From Alphaproteobacteria bacterium (lineage in GTDB: Bacteria; Pseudomonadota; Alphaproteobacteria; SHVV01): 64,000 nt of DNA. A program made the translations under genes and the position numbers. This document shows, piece by piece, positions 53,627 to 63,349 of the stretch; the first letter of the stretch is position 1, and each line of letters starts with the position of its first letter. The stretch spans positions 832,001-896,000 of the forward strand of contig OZ253470.1 of the NCBI GenBank assembly GCA_965261735.1, written 5' to 3'. Below the pieces are notes generated by a model. The model saw nothing but the letters and a program-made list of their open reading frames with translations, was not told where the DNA came from and searched no databases.

Positions 53627-55878
53627 ATGATATTCCCGCATCGTTACATTCCGGTCGCCCTGGCGGCGTTGATCGGCTGCATCCTATCAAGTGCCGGCTA
53701 GGTCGCCGTCGGCAAGATGGAAGTCGGCGAGATACGGGCACAATTCGAGCAAGTAGCGGCCGATCGCGTTACCGACGTTAGCCGCAATATCGAAGCCCAT
53801 CTCGAGATTCTGCGATCGATCGCCGCGTTCTATGGAAGTTCGCGGGAGGTCGAGCGCGACGAGTTCCGATCCTTCGTCGCTCCCGCACTGTCGCGCCGTC
53901 CGAGTATCCAGGCGCTGGAATGGGTTCCTCGGGTGGATGCCGCGGAACGCGACGCACACGAGGCCGCCGCCCGCGCGGAAGGCTACCACGATTACCGCAT
54001 CACCGAACGCCAATCGCAGGGAACCATGGTGCCAGCGACGACCCGCGCCACCCATTACCCGGTCCTGTTCGTCGAGCCCCTCGAGAGTAACGAGCCGGCC
54101 CTGGGTTTCGACCTTGGCTCCAGTGCGGCCCGCCTCGCGATGCTGGAACAATCCCGCGACAACAACCAATTGCGCGCTAGTCTAGGTATCAGGCTGGTAC
54201 AGGAGAAGGGCAACCAATACGGCGTCCTGGCGGTCGCGCCCATCTACCGTAACGGGCTACCCCACGGTTCGGTCGAGGCACGTCGTCGCAACCTCGCCGG
54301 TTTCGCGCTCGGCGTCATCCGCGTCGGCGATATGGTTGCCGGAGCGGCAATCGAGGTCGAGCCCGAGTCGATCCTCGGATCGGTCGCGCTCCAGATGCGG
54401 CTATACGAGGAGGCGGCCGACGGCGGGCGACGCCTATTGCACGTCCAGCACCATCACGACGCGGATAACGGCGCGCATGAAGGCGACTCCGACGCCGTCC
54501 CCAAGGTCGACGTTCATTACACACGTACGCTAGATTTCGCCGGACGGCGATGGGTCGTCGAAGCCTGGCCAGAGACCACGGGGCTCAAAGCCAGCGCGCA
54601 CTGGGAACCGTGGGCAGCGCTGATCGCCGGACTGGGCTTTACGCTGCTTCTCGTGGCTTACCTGGCGCTAAACCTCGAGCGCGAACGCAATGTGTTGACT
54701 CTGGTCGAGGAGCGCACGCGCGACCTCAGCCTCGCCAACCAAGACCTCCAACTTGAAATTGGCGAACGCCGTAGGACCGAGGACGCCTTGCGCGAGAGCG
54801 AGGCGCGGATCAAGGCGATCGTGGACTCCGCAGCTGACGGCATCGTCACCGTCGACTCGCACGGCCGCATCGCCACCGCCAATGCCGCGATCGGGCGAAT
54901 GTTCGGCCATGCCCCGAACGATCTCGTGGGGCGCCGGATGAGCATGCTCGCGCCCCCTTCGCTGCGGCCCAAGCTCACGCGGCTGCTCGCCAGGCTGCGC
55001 GCGGGCACCGAAGGCGGCGCGGGCGTGACACAGGAAACGGTGGGTTTGCGCAAGGACGGATCGACTTTCCCCTTCGAGTACGCGCTCGCCGCCACGCGGG
55101 AATATAGGGTGACCTCCGGCGGCCTCGAATCCCAGCAGCTGGTCAGCGCGTTCCTACGAGACATCACGGGACGCAAGGAGGTCGAGCGGATGAAGAACTA
55201 GTTCATCTCCACGGTCAGCCATGAACTCAGGACGCCGCTGACCTCCATCAACGCGGCCCTTGGCCTGGTTTCGGGCGGCGTCACCGGCCGGCTCGAGGAC
55301 CGGACGGCCGAGATGATCGACATCGCCCGCAACAACTGCGACCGCCTGGTTCGGCTCAATAACGACATCCTCGACATCGAGAAGATCGAGTCAGGGGGTA
55401 TGGAGTACGACATGCGGGTTCACAGGTTGATGCCGTTGGTCGAACAGGCGGTCGCGGCCAATCGCGCCTTTGCCGATCAGATGGGCGTCTCCTATTCGAT
55501 CACCAACGAGGCGCCGGACGCCGAGCTCGAAGCAGACAGCGATCGTCTGACACAGGTGCTCACCAACCTGCTGTCCAACGCCGCCAAGTTCTCACCACCC
55601 GGCGAGACCGTGTCGGTCGCGATCACGCGACGCGCGGACCGCATTCGCGTTGCCGTCGCTGATAAGGGCCCGGGCATCTTGCCCAAGCCGATTCTTCCGA
55701 CAGCCGACGCAGGGGCGGTACCGGCCTCGGGTTGAACATTTGCCAAGCCATCGTCGAGGCCCTTGGCGGCCGGATCGATTTCGTTACCGAGGTCGGCAAG
55801 GGATCGACGTTCTTTTTCGAGCTCCCGGAGTGGAGCGGCGAGGCACGGGGCGATACACGGCGGGCGGCGACCGCATGA
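53627..55878 (+). pseudogene. CHASE-PAS histidine kinase with two TAG stops and a frameshifting deletion
   Basis: SSAG*VAV (53699); RMKN*FISTVSHELRTPL (55199); after GPGI (~55680) the frame shifts to [24 protein letters not shown]. Confidence 0.9.
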
Positions 55879-56018
55879 GGGCCGGCCCCGATCGCGCCGC
55901 TCACGTCGGATCACATGCTCGTGAGGGCGTACACTGCCGCCTTTCGCGATGGCTCGCGCGGGTCTATCTACAGTTGAGGACTTACAAACCAGCCTCGCCG
56001 GCGGCGAGGGCATCGGAC

Positions 56019-56660
56019 ATGACTAGGCTCTCTCTCCCCCGTCTCCTCGTCGCCGTCGCCTTGGCGTGGGCGGCCGGCGGCGAGCCCGCGTGGGCCGCCG
56101 AGGACGATGCGACCCAGCCCAAGCGCCACTTCAAGATCGAGCGGTCCAAACAGCTCACCGGCGCCGAGGCACTCACCGTTTACGATCAGATCGCCGACGA
56201 GCTCGCGGCCGGCTACGCGCTCGCGGCGGAGCCGGCCGCGGGTGCCTATCGCGCGTGGCGGCGCCACAATGCCACCCCCTACCGCTCTGCCACGCACGGT
56301 AGCCGTTACGTCAACAACTACGGCAGCGCCGAAGCCGTGGGTTACGGCGGCGGCGGTCCGATGCCACCGGGTGCGATACTCGCCAAGGACAGCTTTACCG
56401 CCGCCTCCGACGGCAGCGTTTTCGGTGCGGCCCTTTTCCTGTTGGAAAAGCTCGCGGCCGGCGCCAGCGCGGCGACCGCCGACTGGCGCTACGTCATGAT
56501 CATGCCCGACGGCAGCCTGTTCGGCGACTCCGCCGGCGCCGATGCCGACAAGGTCGCGTTTTGCCACACCTGTCACGTCGCCGTCGCCAACAGGGACCAT
56601 CTGTTTTACGTCCCCAAGAAACACCGCCGCCGAGCGCTAAAGCCCGCCACATCGAAGTAG
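56019..56660 (+). CDS. Cytochrome P460/c'-beta family periplasmic cytochrome
   Basis: Signal peptide, PGAILAKDSF, LEK..DWRY, C-terminal CHTCH. Confidence 0.8.
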   Translation: MTRLSLPRLLVAVALAWAAGGEPAWAAEDDATQPKRHFKIERSKQLTGAEALTVYDQIADELAAGYALAAEPAAGAYRAWRRHNATPYRSATHGSRYVNNYGSAEAVGYGGGGPMPPGAILAKDSFTAASDGSVFGAALFLLEKLAAGASAATADWRYVMIMPDGSLFGDSAGADADKVAFCHTCHVAVANRDHLFYVPKKHRRRALKPATSK

Positions 56661-56678
56661 CGGACCCGCTCCGGTCCA

Positions 56679-56746
56679 GCCGGTAGGCTGGTGGGTCGGG
56701 GCCGGTCAAGTTCGGTTGGTCGGCGACGGCCCGCCAGCCTGCCGGC
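56679..56746 (+). other. Long G-U-rich RNA hairpin
   Basis: 20-bp and 9-bp stems with five G-U pairs, 2x2 internal loop, GUUCGG loop. Confidence 0.65.
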
Positions 56747-56852
56747 GTCTTGTCGCGAACGGAATCCTGACATTTTGGTCGGTGCCGGAGCGCTCGGTTC
56801 CGAATCCCGTGTGATGCCGTCACAAATACTCGGATACGGATGGCGAATATAG

Positions 56853-57957
56853 CTTGCCTATCCGGTTTACACCCACACCCACTAGGGCTAGAATGGGCGC
56901 AACCCGGATATAGGGGAGCGCGCCATGGATGTTCTCGACCGCGCCGATCTCCCATTCCCGCATTCGCTACCCGAGTTCCAGCGACTTTTCCCCGATGATG
57001 CGGCCTGCGCCGCCTACCTGGAGAAAGCCCGCTGGGGAGACGGCTTTGCCTGCCCGCACTGCGGCACGGCGGGAGAGCCGTTCCACTTTGAAAACCGCCC
57101 TGGCGTCCTGCGCTGCCGCAAGTGCCGCCAGAACACCGGGCTGACGGTGGGAACAGTGATGGAGCGTAGCCACACTCCGCTGAACGTCTGGTTCTGGGCC
57201 GCTTATCTGGTCGCCAGTCAGACGCCCGGCATGTCCGCCGTGCAGTTTCAGCGGCAACTTGGTCTTTCGCGCTACGAGACGGCCTTTCAAATTCTCCACA
57301 AGCTCCGCTCGGGCATGGTGCGGCCCAACCAAGACAGGATCGGTGGACAGCCCAAGAACCATGTTGAGATGGACGAAACCTGGGTTGGCGGGCGAACGCG
57401 TGAGGAAGGCCGTGGTGTTCACCACAAGGTTCCCGTCTCCTGTGCCATCGAGGTGCGTCATCGAAAGCCGGGCACCAAGCTCGACAACCGGAAAGACGGA
57501 CGCTATGCCGGACGCGTTCGGCTCGCCGTCGTGCTCGACCGTAGCGCCGAGTCGCTCTGTGGGTTCGTCGAGAGCACCGTCGCGCCGGGATCGCTGATCG
57601 TTACTGACGATTGGAGCGACTATGCTGGCCTCGGTAAGCGCGGCTATGAGCACTTCGCTGTTGCCGAGTGTGGTGATCCAGAGGTTGCCGAGCAATACCT
57701 GCCGATCATCCATCTGGTTTTCGCCAACCTGAAGACGTGGCTGATCGGTATCCACCACGGCGTTAGCCACCAGCACCTACAAGCCTACCTCAACGAGTTC
57801 ACCTTCCGCTTCAACAGGCGGTTCTACCCGTTCAACGCCTTCCGCTCATTGCTCGGCATCGCGGGCGACACCTCTGCTCCAACCTATGCCGAGCTTTACT
57901 CGGGAGAGTGGTGGCACCCTACATGTAGCGGTCATGGGCGTTAACCGGATAGGCAAG
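56853..57957 (+). mobile_element. IS1595-family element, copy 2 (1105 bp), TSD GAATATAG
   Basis: IRs CTTGCCTATCCGGTT / AACCGGATAGGCAAG; exact 8-bp duplication. Confidence 0.95.
56925..57944 (+). CDS. IS1595 transposase
   Basis: Near-identical to 29051-30070. Confidence 0.93.
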   Translation: MDVLDRADLPFPHSLPEFQRLFPDDAACAAYLEKARWGDGFACPHCGTAGEPFHFENRPGVLRCRKCRQNTGLTVGTVMERSHTPLNVWFWAAYLVASQTPGMSAVQFQRQLGLSRYETAFQILHKLRSGMVRPNQDRIGGQPKNHVEMDETWVGGRTREEGRGVHHKVPVSCAIEVRHRKPGTKLDNRKDGRYAGRVRLAVVLDRSAESLCGFVESTVAPGSLIVTDDWSDYAGLGKRGYEHFAVAECGDPEVAEQYLPIIHLVFANLKTWLIGIHHGVSHQHLQAYLNEFTFRFNRRFYPFNAFRSLLGIAGDTSAPTYAELYSGEWWHPTCSGHGR

Positions 57958-58083
57958 GAATATAGGAGGGCCGTGACGGAATAACAAAGGATATTCTAAC
58001 GAATTATTAAGTAATTCGCACCGCACCAAAAACGCAGATCGCGCTCGCTCAACTAGCGCGCTGGTTGGGCGGGAGGATAAGCG

Positions 58084-59337
58084 ATGCGAATTCTGGTGGG
58101 ACTGGTCCTTGTGGGCTGGATGCTCTGGGCGGGCCCGGCGAACGCCCAGTCCTCGGGATCGACGGAAGCCGACACGCGGATTGGCGCGGTGGCGATGATC
58201 AATCCGAGCGCCTACGGCAGCGCGGGCGAGGGCCGGCGCCGCGAGTTGCGCATTTCCGAGCAGGTGTTCGCGCGCGAGATTATCGAGACCGGCCGCGGCG
58301 GGGCGTTGCATGTGCTTTTCCTCGACGGCACCGACCTGCGGCTCGGGTCGGCGAGCCGGGTTGTTCTCGACCGTTTCGTCTACGACCCAAGCAGCCGCCG
58401 CGGCCAGATGCTGGTGCACATGGTCAGGGGCGCCTTCCGCGTCGTTTCCGGCCACATGCAGAAATCCGGCTATAAGTTCGTCACGCCGACGGCCACCATG
58501 GGTATCCGCGGCACCGATTTCGGGGTCGTCGTCACAGAAGACGGTGGCACGACGGTTTCGGTCCTCGAGGGCGAGGTCGAGATCTCCGTGAATGATGGCG
58601 TCCACGAGCACGCGCCGGTCGGCGTCGTCGCACGCGCCAAGCCCGGTGACAGCGTTGCAATCTCGGCGATCACCGGTCAGCCGACGCTGGGACGGGCGAA
58701 GCCTAACCCGGATCCGGGACTAAAGGGTCGGCCTGGTCCGAACACCTCACGGCTGGAGCTGCAAATAGCGTCGCTCAGCGACACGATACGATCCGCGCGC
58801 GGCGCCGCCAGCGGCGTATCCACCGGCCGACAGGCGCGGTTGAGCGAGGAGCAAGCCAGCACCCACTCGACGAGCGGTCAACAGGGTTCCCGCGGCCGTG
58901 ATTCCGATCGCGCGGGTGGTGACGATAGCGGCTCCGGCAGTTCAAGCGACCGCGGCGGCGACGGTGGTGGTGGTGGTGGCAACGGCGGCGGTGAAGGCTC
59001 CGGTGGCGGTGGCGGTGGCGGCGGCACCGACAACGGTAATGGTGGGGCCTCCGGCGGCGAGAGCGGGGGCTCCGGCGGCGGGGGCGGCGGAAGCGCGAGT
59101 TCTGGCGGCGGGAGCGGGAATTCCGGCGGGGGCTCCGGCGGTGGCGGAAGCAGTGGCTCTGGTGGCAGCGGAAGCGCGAGTTCCGGCAGCGGCGGGAGCA
59201 GTGGCTCCAACGGCTCCGGAAGCGGCGGCTCGGGCGGCGGCGGGAAAGGCGGTGGCGGTTCCGGCGGTGGCGGGAATGGTGGCGGTGGTTCCGGCGGCGG
59301 CGGTGGCGGCGGAGAAAGCGGCGCCGACCACCACTAG
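58084..59337 (+). CDS. Exported FecR-domain protein with long Gly/Ser-rich tail
   Basis: IETG..LFLDGTDLRLG..LDRFVYDP..TPTATMGIRGTDF; about 140-aa G/S/N tail. Confidence 0.85.
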   Translation: MRILVGLVLVGWMLWAGPANAQSSGSTEADTRIGAVAMINPSAYGSAGEGRRRELRISEQVFAREIIETGRGGALHVLFLDGTDLRLGSASRVVLDRFVYDPSSRRGQMLVHMVRGAFRVVSGHMQKSGYKFVTPTATMGIRGTDFGVVVTEDGGTTVSVLEGEVEISVNDGVHEHAPVGVVARAKPGDSVAISAITGQPTLGRAKPNPDPGLKGRPGPNTSRLELQIASLSDTIRSARGAASGVSTGRQARLSEEQASTHSTSGQQGSRGRDSDRAGGDDSGSGSSSDRGGDGGGGGGNGGGEGSGGGGGGGGTDNGNGGASGGESGGSGGGGGGSASSGGGSGNSGGGSGGGGSSGSGGSGSASSGSGGSSGSNGSGSGGSGGGGKGGGGSGGGGNGGGGSGGGGGGGESGADHH

Positions 59338-59442
59338 CGGAGGAGCGCCCCGGCGGGCCGCTGTACCGATCGCGCCTCTAGAGCCCGGCGACGAAAAAAG
59401 CGCGGCGGAATACCCCGCCGCGCCTGTTCGACTCCGCGCGCG

Positions 59443-60468
59443 TCAGTTGGTGACGCTGCCGGGAACCAGCTCGTTGGTGTAGAAGTCCTCCGGATTCATG
59501 CCGGCCGGGATGACCTTGGCCTCGGTCATGATGCGGAGCGCCTTGACCCAGTCCTCGGGCGCCATGTAACCCCACGGCTTGCCCAGCGTGGCGTCGGTCA
59601 GCCATAGCCGCTCGTGGTCCTTGAACTGGTCGAGCACGATGTCGCGCTTGTTGGCCGAGTCGGGCCGCTGGGCCATCAGTGCGTCATACGCCTCGTCGTA
59701 TTTCTTGCCGGTGATGATGTAGTCGAAGGCGCGCATGGTCGCTTTGAGGAAGCCCTTGATTTCGCGCTTCTTCTCGCGGATGGCGGTTTCGTTGGCGATG
59801 ATGCCGGTGCCGGGGATGTCGAGCCCGACGTCGGCCATCATGAAGATGTCCGAGGGCCGCGCCCGCGTGAAGATGGCGTTGAAGAAGGCCGGCGAGGTGC
59901 TGACCGCGTCGCCCTGCTTGTTGATGTAGCTCGAGCCCTTGAGCGCGACCGAGACGTTGAGGAAGGTCGCCTTCTTCACATCCGTGCCGGCGAGCCGGAA
60001 CCAGGCCTCGAAGAAGGGAACGTCGAAGCCGCCGGGCGATGTGACGATCTTGACCTTGTTGTCGACGAGATCCTTGGGGCTCTTCCAGCCCGAGCCCTTG
60101 GGCACCAGGATGCCCATCTCGTTCTTGCGGATCAGGCTCGCGATGGCCTTGACGGGCAAACCGGTCTTGGCCCGGCCCACCGACATCGCGCTGTGGCTCG
60201 CCTGGCCGATATCGTGGCTGCCGGCGGCGACGATCTGGGTCGTGTTAACCGAGCCCGCGCCCGACTCGAACGTGACCTTCACCCCCTCCTCGGCGTACCA
60301 GCCCTTTTCCTCGGCGAGGAAATACCAGGAATGGATGAGGATGGGCGTCCACTCGAGCCGCATCTTGAGGTCGGCCTTGGCGGCCTGCGAAAAGGCGCCG
60401 ACTCCCAGCGCCACGACGAGCGCGGCCGTGGCAAAACGCCGCGCCGCATGACCAACGAACCTGTGCAT
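59443..60468 (-). CDS. NMT1/THI5-type ABC substrate-binding protein, orphan
   Basis: Signal peptide, RLEW..LAEEKGWYAEEG..GAGS. Confidence 0.85.
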   Translation of the reverse strand: MHRFVGHAARRFATAALVVALGVGAFSQAAKADLKMRLEWTPILIHSWYFLAEEKGWYAEEGVKVTFESGAGSVNTTQIVAAGSHDIGQASHSAMSVGRAKTGLPVKAIASLIRKNEMGILVPKGSGWKSPKDLVDNKVKIVTSPGGFDVPFFEAWFRLAGTDVKKATFLNVSVALKGSSYINKQGDAVSTSPAFFNAIFTRARPSDIFMMADVGLDIPGTGIIANETAIREKKREIKGFLKATMRAFDYIITGKKYDEAYDALMAQRPDSANKRDIVLDQFKDHERLWLTDATLGKPWGYMAPEDWVKALRIMTEAKVIPAGMNPEDFYTNELVPGSVTN

Positions 60469-60610
60469 AACACTCCTCCCTACGGTTGTAGCTGCCGGCC
60501 ATCCGCTGACGGGACGCCGTCCGGTGGGCGGAGTTTAGCACAGGTGCGTTGGCCGGTCTCGTGGCGGCGTCTCACGGTGGAAGTATGGTATCAGGGGGAA
60601 GGGGGTGCCC

Positions 60611-60799
60611 ATGATCGAGGTCATCATCGATCGCTGGAGCAGGGGTGGGCAGGCCACCTATCTGTGGTCGCTGTGGCGCGACGGCGCGCGCATCGCGCAA
60701 GGCGATGCCCACGCGAGCGCCGAGGCCGCCGAAGCGGCGGCCGCCGCCTTTTGCCGCGCCGAGCTCAATGAGGAGCCCGACGAGGTGACGAGGTTATAG
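60611..60799 (+). CDS. Small hypothetical protein
   Basis: MIEVIIDRWS..YLWSLWRDG..FC..PDEVTRL; host-like codon use. Confidence 0.65.
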   Translation: MIEVIIDRWSRGGQATYLWSLWRDGARIAQGDAHASAEAAEAAAAAFCRAELNEEPDEVTRL

Positions 60800-60817
60800 A
60801 GGGGGTGTCGTGGGGAG

Positions 60818-60850
60818 TGGTGCCCCAGGCGTCGCTTTCAGAGGACTCGA
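60818..60850 (-). other. Degenerate tRNA-Leu-like 3' end, putative prophage att remnant
   Basis: Minus strand TCGAGTCCTCT-[GAAAGCGACG]-CCTGGGGCACCA resembles the tRNA-Leu(CAG) end TTCGAGTCCTCT(C/T)CTGGGCACCA. Confidence 0.5.
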
Positions 60851-61252
60851 CTAGGTCCCACGCCACGCCTTGACGCCCTTCTCGGCCGAGCGGCCGATCA
60901 CGTAGCCGCCGACGCCGAGGGTCATCAGGTCCCACAGGCGTTCGGGCAGCTCGAGTTCCAGGCCGGTGCCGAACAGGGCGCGCAGGTAAGGGGCTAATAG
61001 ATAATTGTTGGCGACGATGGCGACGATGGTGAGCATGAGGATGGGGCGCCAGTTGCGCTGCAGCCACGAATCGCCACCGGCTTCGGCGCGGATGATCGAG
61101 GCCGCGGCCTGTTCCAGCGTCGCCGCGTGCTCGAGGATCGCCGCCTGCATCTCGGCTTCGGCGTTCGCCCGTGCCGCGGGATCGGGGAGGATGCGGTCGA
61201 GCACCTTGCCGAGGACGGGCGCGAGCGCGCCGATGAGGGCGGGGAGGGCCAT
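60851..61252 (-). CDS. 3TM-type phage holin
   Basis: LDRILPDP, IIRAEA..SWLQRNWRP, GVGGYVIGRSAEK. Confidence 0.85.
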   Translation of the reverse strand: MALPALIGALAPVLGKVLDRILPDPAARANAEAEMQAAILEHAATLEQAAASIIRAEAGGDSWLQRNWRPILMLTIVAIVANNYLLAPYLRALFGTGLELELPERLWDLMTLGVGGYVIGRSAEKGVKAWRGT

Positions 61253-61305
61253 GGTTGAAGCTCCTTTGGTCGCGAATGCGGGGGATCGGCGAGCGGACGG
61301 CGCGC

Positions 61306-61554
61306 CTATTCGCCGAACCATTTCCACTTGATGCCGGCCCAGGCGGCGAGGCCGCCGAGCAGGGCCATGGCGAAAGCTCGGATGAGGGCGGTGCGCACGG
61401 TGCGCCGGACCTCGCGCCAGGCATCGAGTAGGTCGCGCAGCTCGTGGATGTCGCGGCCGGCCTCCTCATCGTGCAGGCCGACCGCCTTGAGCGCCCGGCG
61501 CGCCCCTTTTTCCGCCGCCTCATCGAGCAGCCGGGCGAGCACCTCCTCCTTCAC
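61306..61554 (-). CDS. DUF6127-like phage lysis-region membrane protein
   Basis: AAEKGARRAL..GLHDEEAGRDIHELRDLLDAWR plus a TM helix. Confidence 0.8.
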   Translation of the reverse strand: MKEEVLARLLDEAAEKGARRALKAVGLHDEEAGRDIHELRDLLDAWREVRRTVRTALIRAFAMALLGGLAAWAGIKWKWFGE

Positions 61555-62416
61555 GACACCCTCGCTCCGCCGCCGCGCGGGTCGCCGCCCACGTTGGGCT
61601 CGGCTTCCGAATCGGGCGGGTGCGTGGCGCTCGGATCATCGCGCTTCACCCCGCCGAGGATGAAGCCGTGGCCGCTTTCCTCGAGGAAGCGGCGCACGGT
61701 CGCGATCGGGATCGACCACGCCATGTGCGGGATCACGATGAACCCGTTGCCCGTTACGCGCGAGAGCACGCCGACGAGCTCGTAGCGCCCGCGCTCCTCG
61801 GAGCGGCGGAACAGCGCGCCGCCCGAGTTACCCCAGATGATCGGCGCCGTGCTCATCATATAGGGCTGGCCGTCGATCTGAGTTTCCATGTGGGCGAGCT
61901 CGCCGCGGGTCGCGAACGGCGGCACGCCGAGCCCGGCGCCGACGGCCCACACCTCGTCCATCAGCTGCATCCGGTCGCCGACCGGCATGACCCGCGCGAC
62001 GTAGGGCACCGACGTCTCCTGATCGTCGATGCGAATGAGGGCGAGGTCGGCGGGGCGGTCGTAGGCGACGATGCGGGCGCGCTTGCTGAGCTGGCCGACC
62101 GAACGCGAGCAATCGTTGTACTGGAACCAGGCGACGACGACGGGCTCGCGGCTCTCGCGCTCGACCTTCTTGCCGGCCTCGGGCTCCCACTCCTCGCTCA
62201 CCTTGATGGCGGCGGCGACGACGTGGTGGTTGGTCAGCACGTAGGTCTCGAACGAGCCGGGCTCGCGGGCGGCCGAATAGATGACGGTGCCTGAGCCGCC
62301 GCTTTCCACCCGCACCACGGGGTAGAGCATCTCGTAATGGCGCGGCCGGCACGCCGCCTCGGCGTGCCCGGCAACAAAAAAGGCCGCCGCGGCGGCCATC
62401 AGGCAAAAGGGCGCAT
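61551..62416 (-). CDS. Trypsin-like (S1) serine protease; signal peptide apparently frameshifted
   Basis: VLTNHHVV, DLALIRI, GNSGG; RBS-linked ATG at 62416 is one base out of frame with ORF 61551-62399. Confidence 0.8.
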
Positions 62417-62430
62417 GCTCGTGTCCTTTT

Positions 62431-62784
62431 CTAGGCGGGGCTCGTCACGTCTTCGGCGGCGACGAGGCGGTCGCGGATGTAGAGGACGAGCTGGGCGAAA
62501 GGCGGCGCCCACTGACTGTATGCCTCGAATGCCGCCCGTACGGTTCGGTAGAGCTCGTCCTCCAGGGTAAGCGAATCCGCGGCCTGTTCCCTGGCGGTAC
62601 GGATCGCGGTCGCGATGGCGAGGTAGCGCTCGAGCTCGGCGATGCTCGCTCCCTTGGCCTGGAGCGGCGCCAGCAGGTTGTCGAAGACCGCGGCACGCAG
62701 CTTTGTTCCATCTTCGCCAATTTCCTTCGCGAACTCCGGCAGTACGGATCGCGCGTGCGCGAGGTCGAAGGTGATCGTTTTCAT
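62431..62784 (-). CDS. Phage hypothetical protein (possible tail-fibre chaperone)
   Basis: 117-aa ORF following the putative tail gene; function inferred from position only. Confidence 0.55.
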   Translation of the reverse strand: MKTITFDLAHARSVLPEFAKEIGEDGTKLRAAVFDNLLAPLQAKGASIAELERYLAIATAIRTAREQAADSLTLEDELYRTVRAAFEAYSQWAPPFAQLVLYIRDRLVAAEDVTSPA

Positions 62785-62818
62785 TTGGCGCTAGCCCACC
62801 TGTTCATGCGGCCCAACG

Positions 62819-63349
62819 TCATATCGAGGCCTGCCAATCGAGGATTTGAGTCGGCAGTCCGCGGTCAACAAACTTGGCGCGTAACTTAGCGCGCACCCCG
62901 GGACCCGTCTCTTCGAGGTACTGAAACAGGGCGTCCAGCATCTCGTGGACTTGCCAGGCGTTGCCCCGCAGAATCCGAATGACCGCACTGTCGTTTATCA
63001 TCAGGCGATTGACGCCCGCAGCGTCGTACTCATCGTCAGGGATGCGCGCCCCGATCACCTTGGCACGCCGTAGATCGTCTGGTGTGTACCGACTAGCGTC
63101 GTAGCGAGACGGCACCAAACGTTGCCCTCTTATTCCTGGAGCACGCTGGTAATCGTTGGAGGCTCGCTCACCGTCTTCAGGCGTCTCCTCGTCGCGGAAA
63201 GTCTCGATATCTCGAAGTAGCCGGGCGTCGTCCCACGCGTCAAAGGTGCCCGCGCCAAGGTCCGTCCCGAGAACGTGGACATCGCCTTCCGTGTCGATGA
63301 TGACTAGGTTGTTGTAAACGCTGGCGGCGTACTTGGCGAAGGAATGAAC
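62819..63349 (-). pseudogene. C-terminal part of a phage (tail-like) protein interrupted by IS1595
   Basis: Open frame VHSFAKY..IDTEGDVHVLG..FDAWDDARLLR abuts the IS end; the tail assignment is inferred. Confidence 0.55.

Noticed and set aside
56810-56824. CRP-like palindrome TGTGA-N5-TCACA
   Set aside because: The spacer is 5 rather than 6 bp; it may be a degraded site but cannot be supported
28979-57957. Composite transposon between IS1595 copies 1 and 2
   Set aside because: Copy 2 has its own exact TSD and copy 1 has contiguous flanks, so they are independent insertions
58910-59330. GGC-rich tract as a non-coding repeat, or alternative ORFs 58878-59210 and 58898-59482
   Set aside because: Explained by the Gly/Ser tail of the FecR-domain protein
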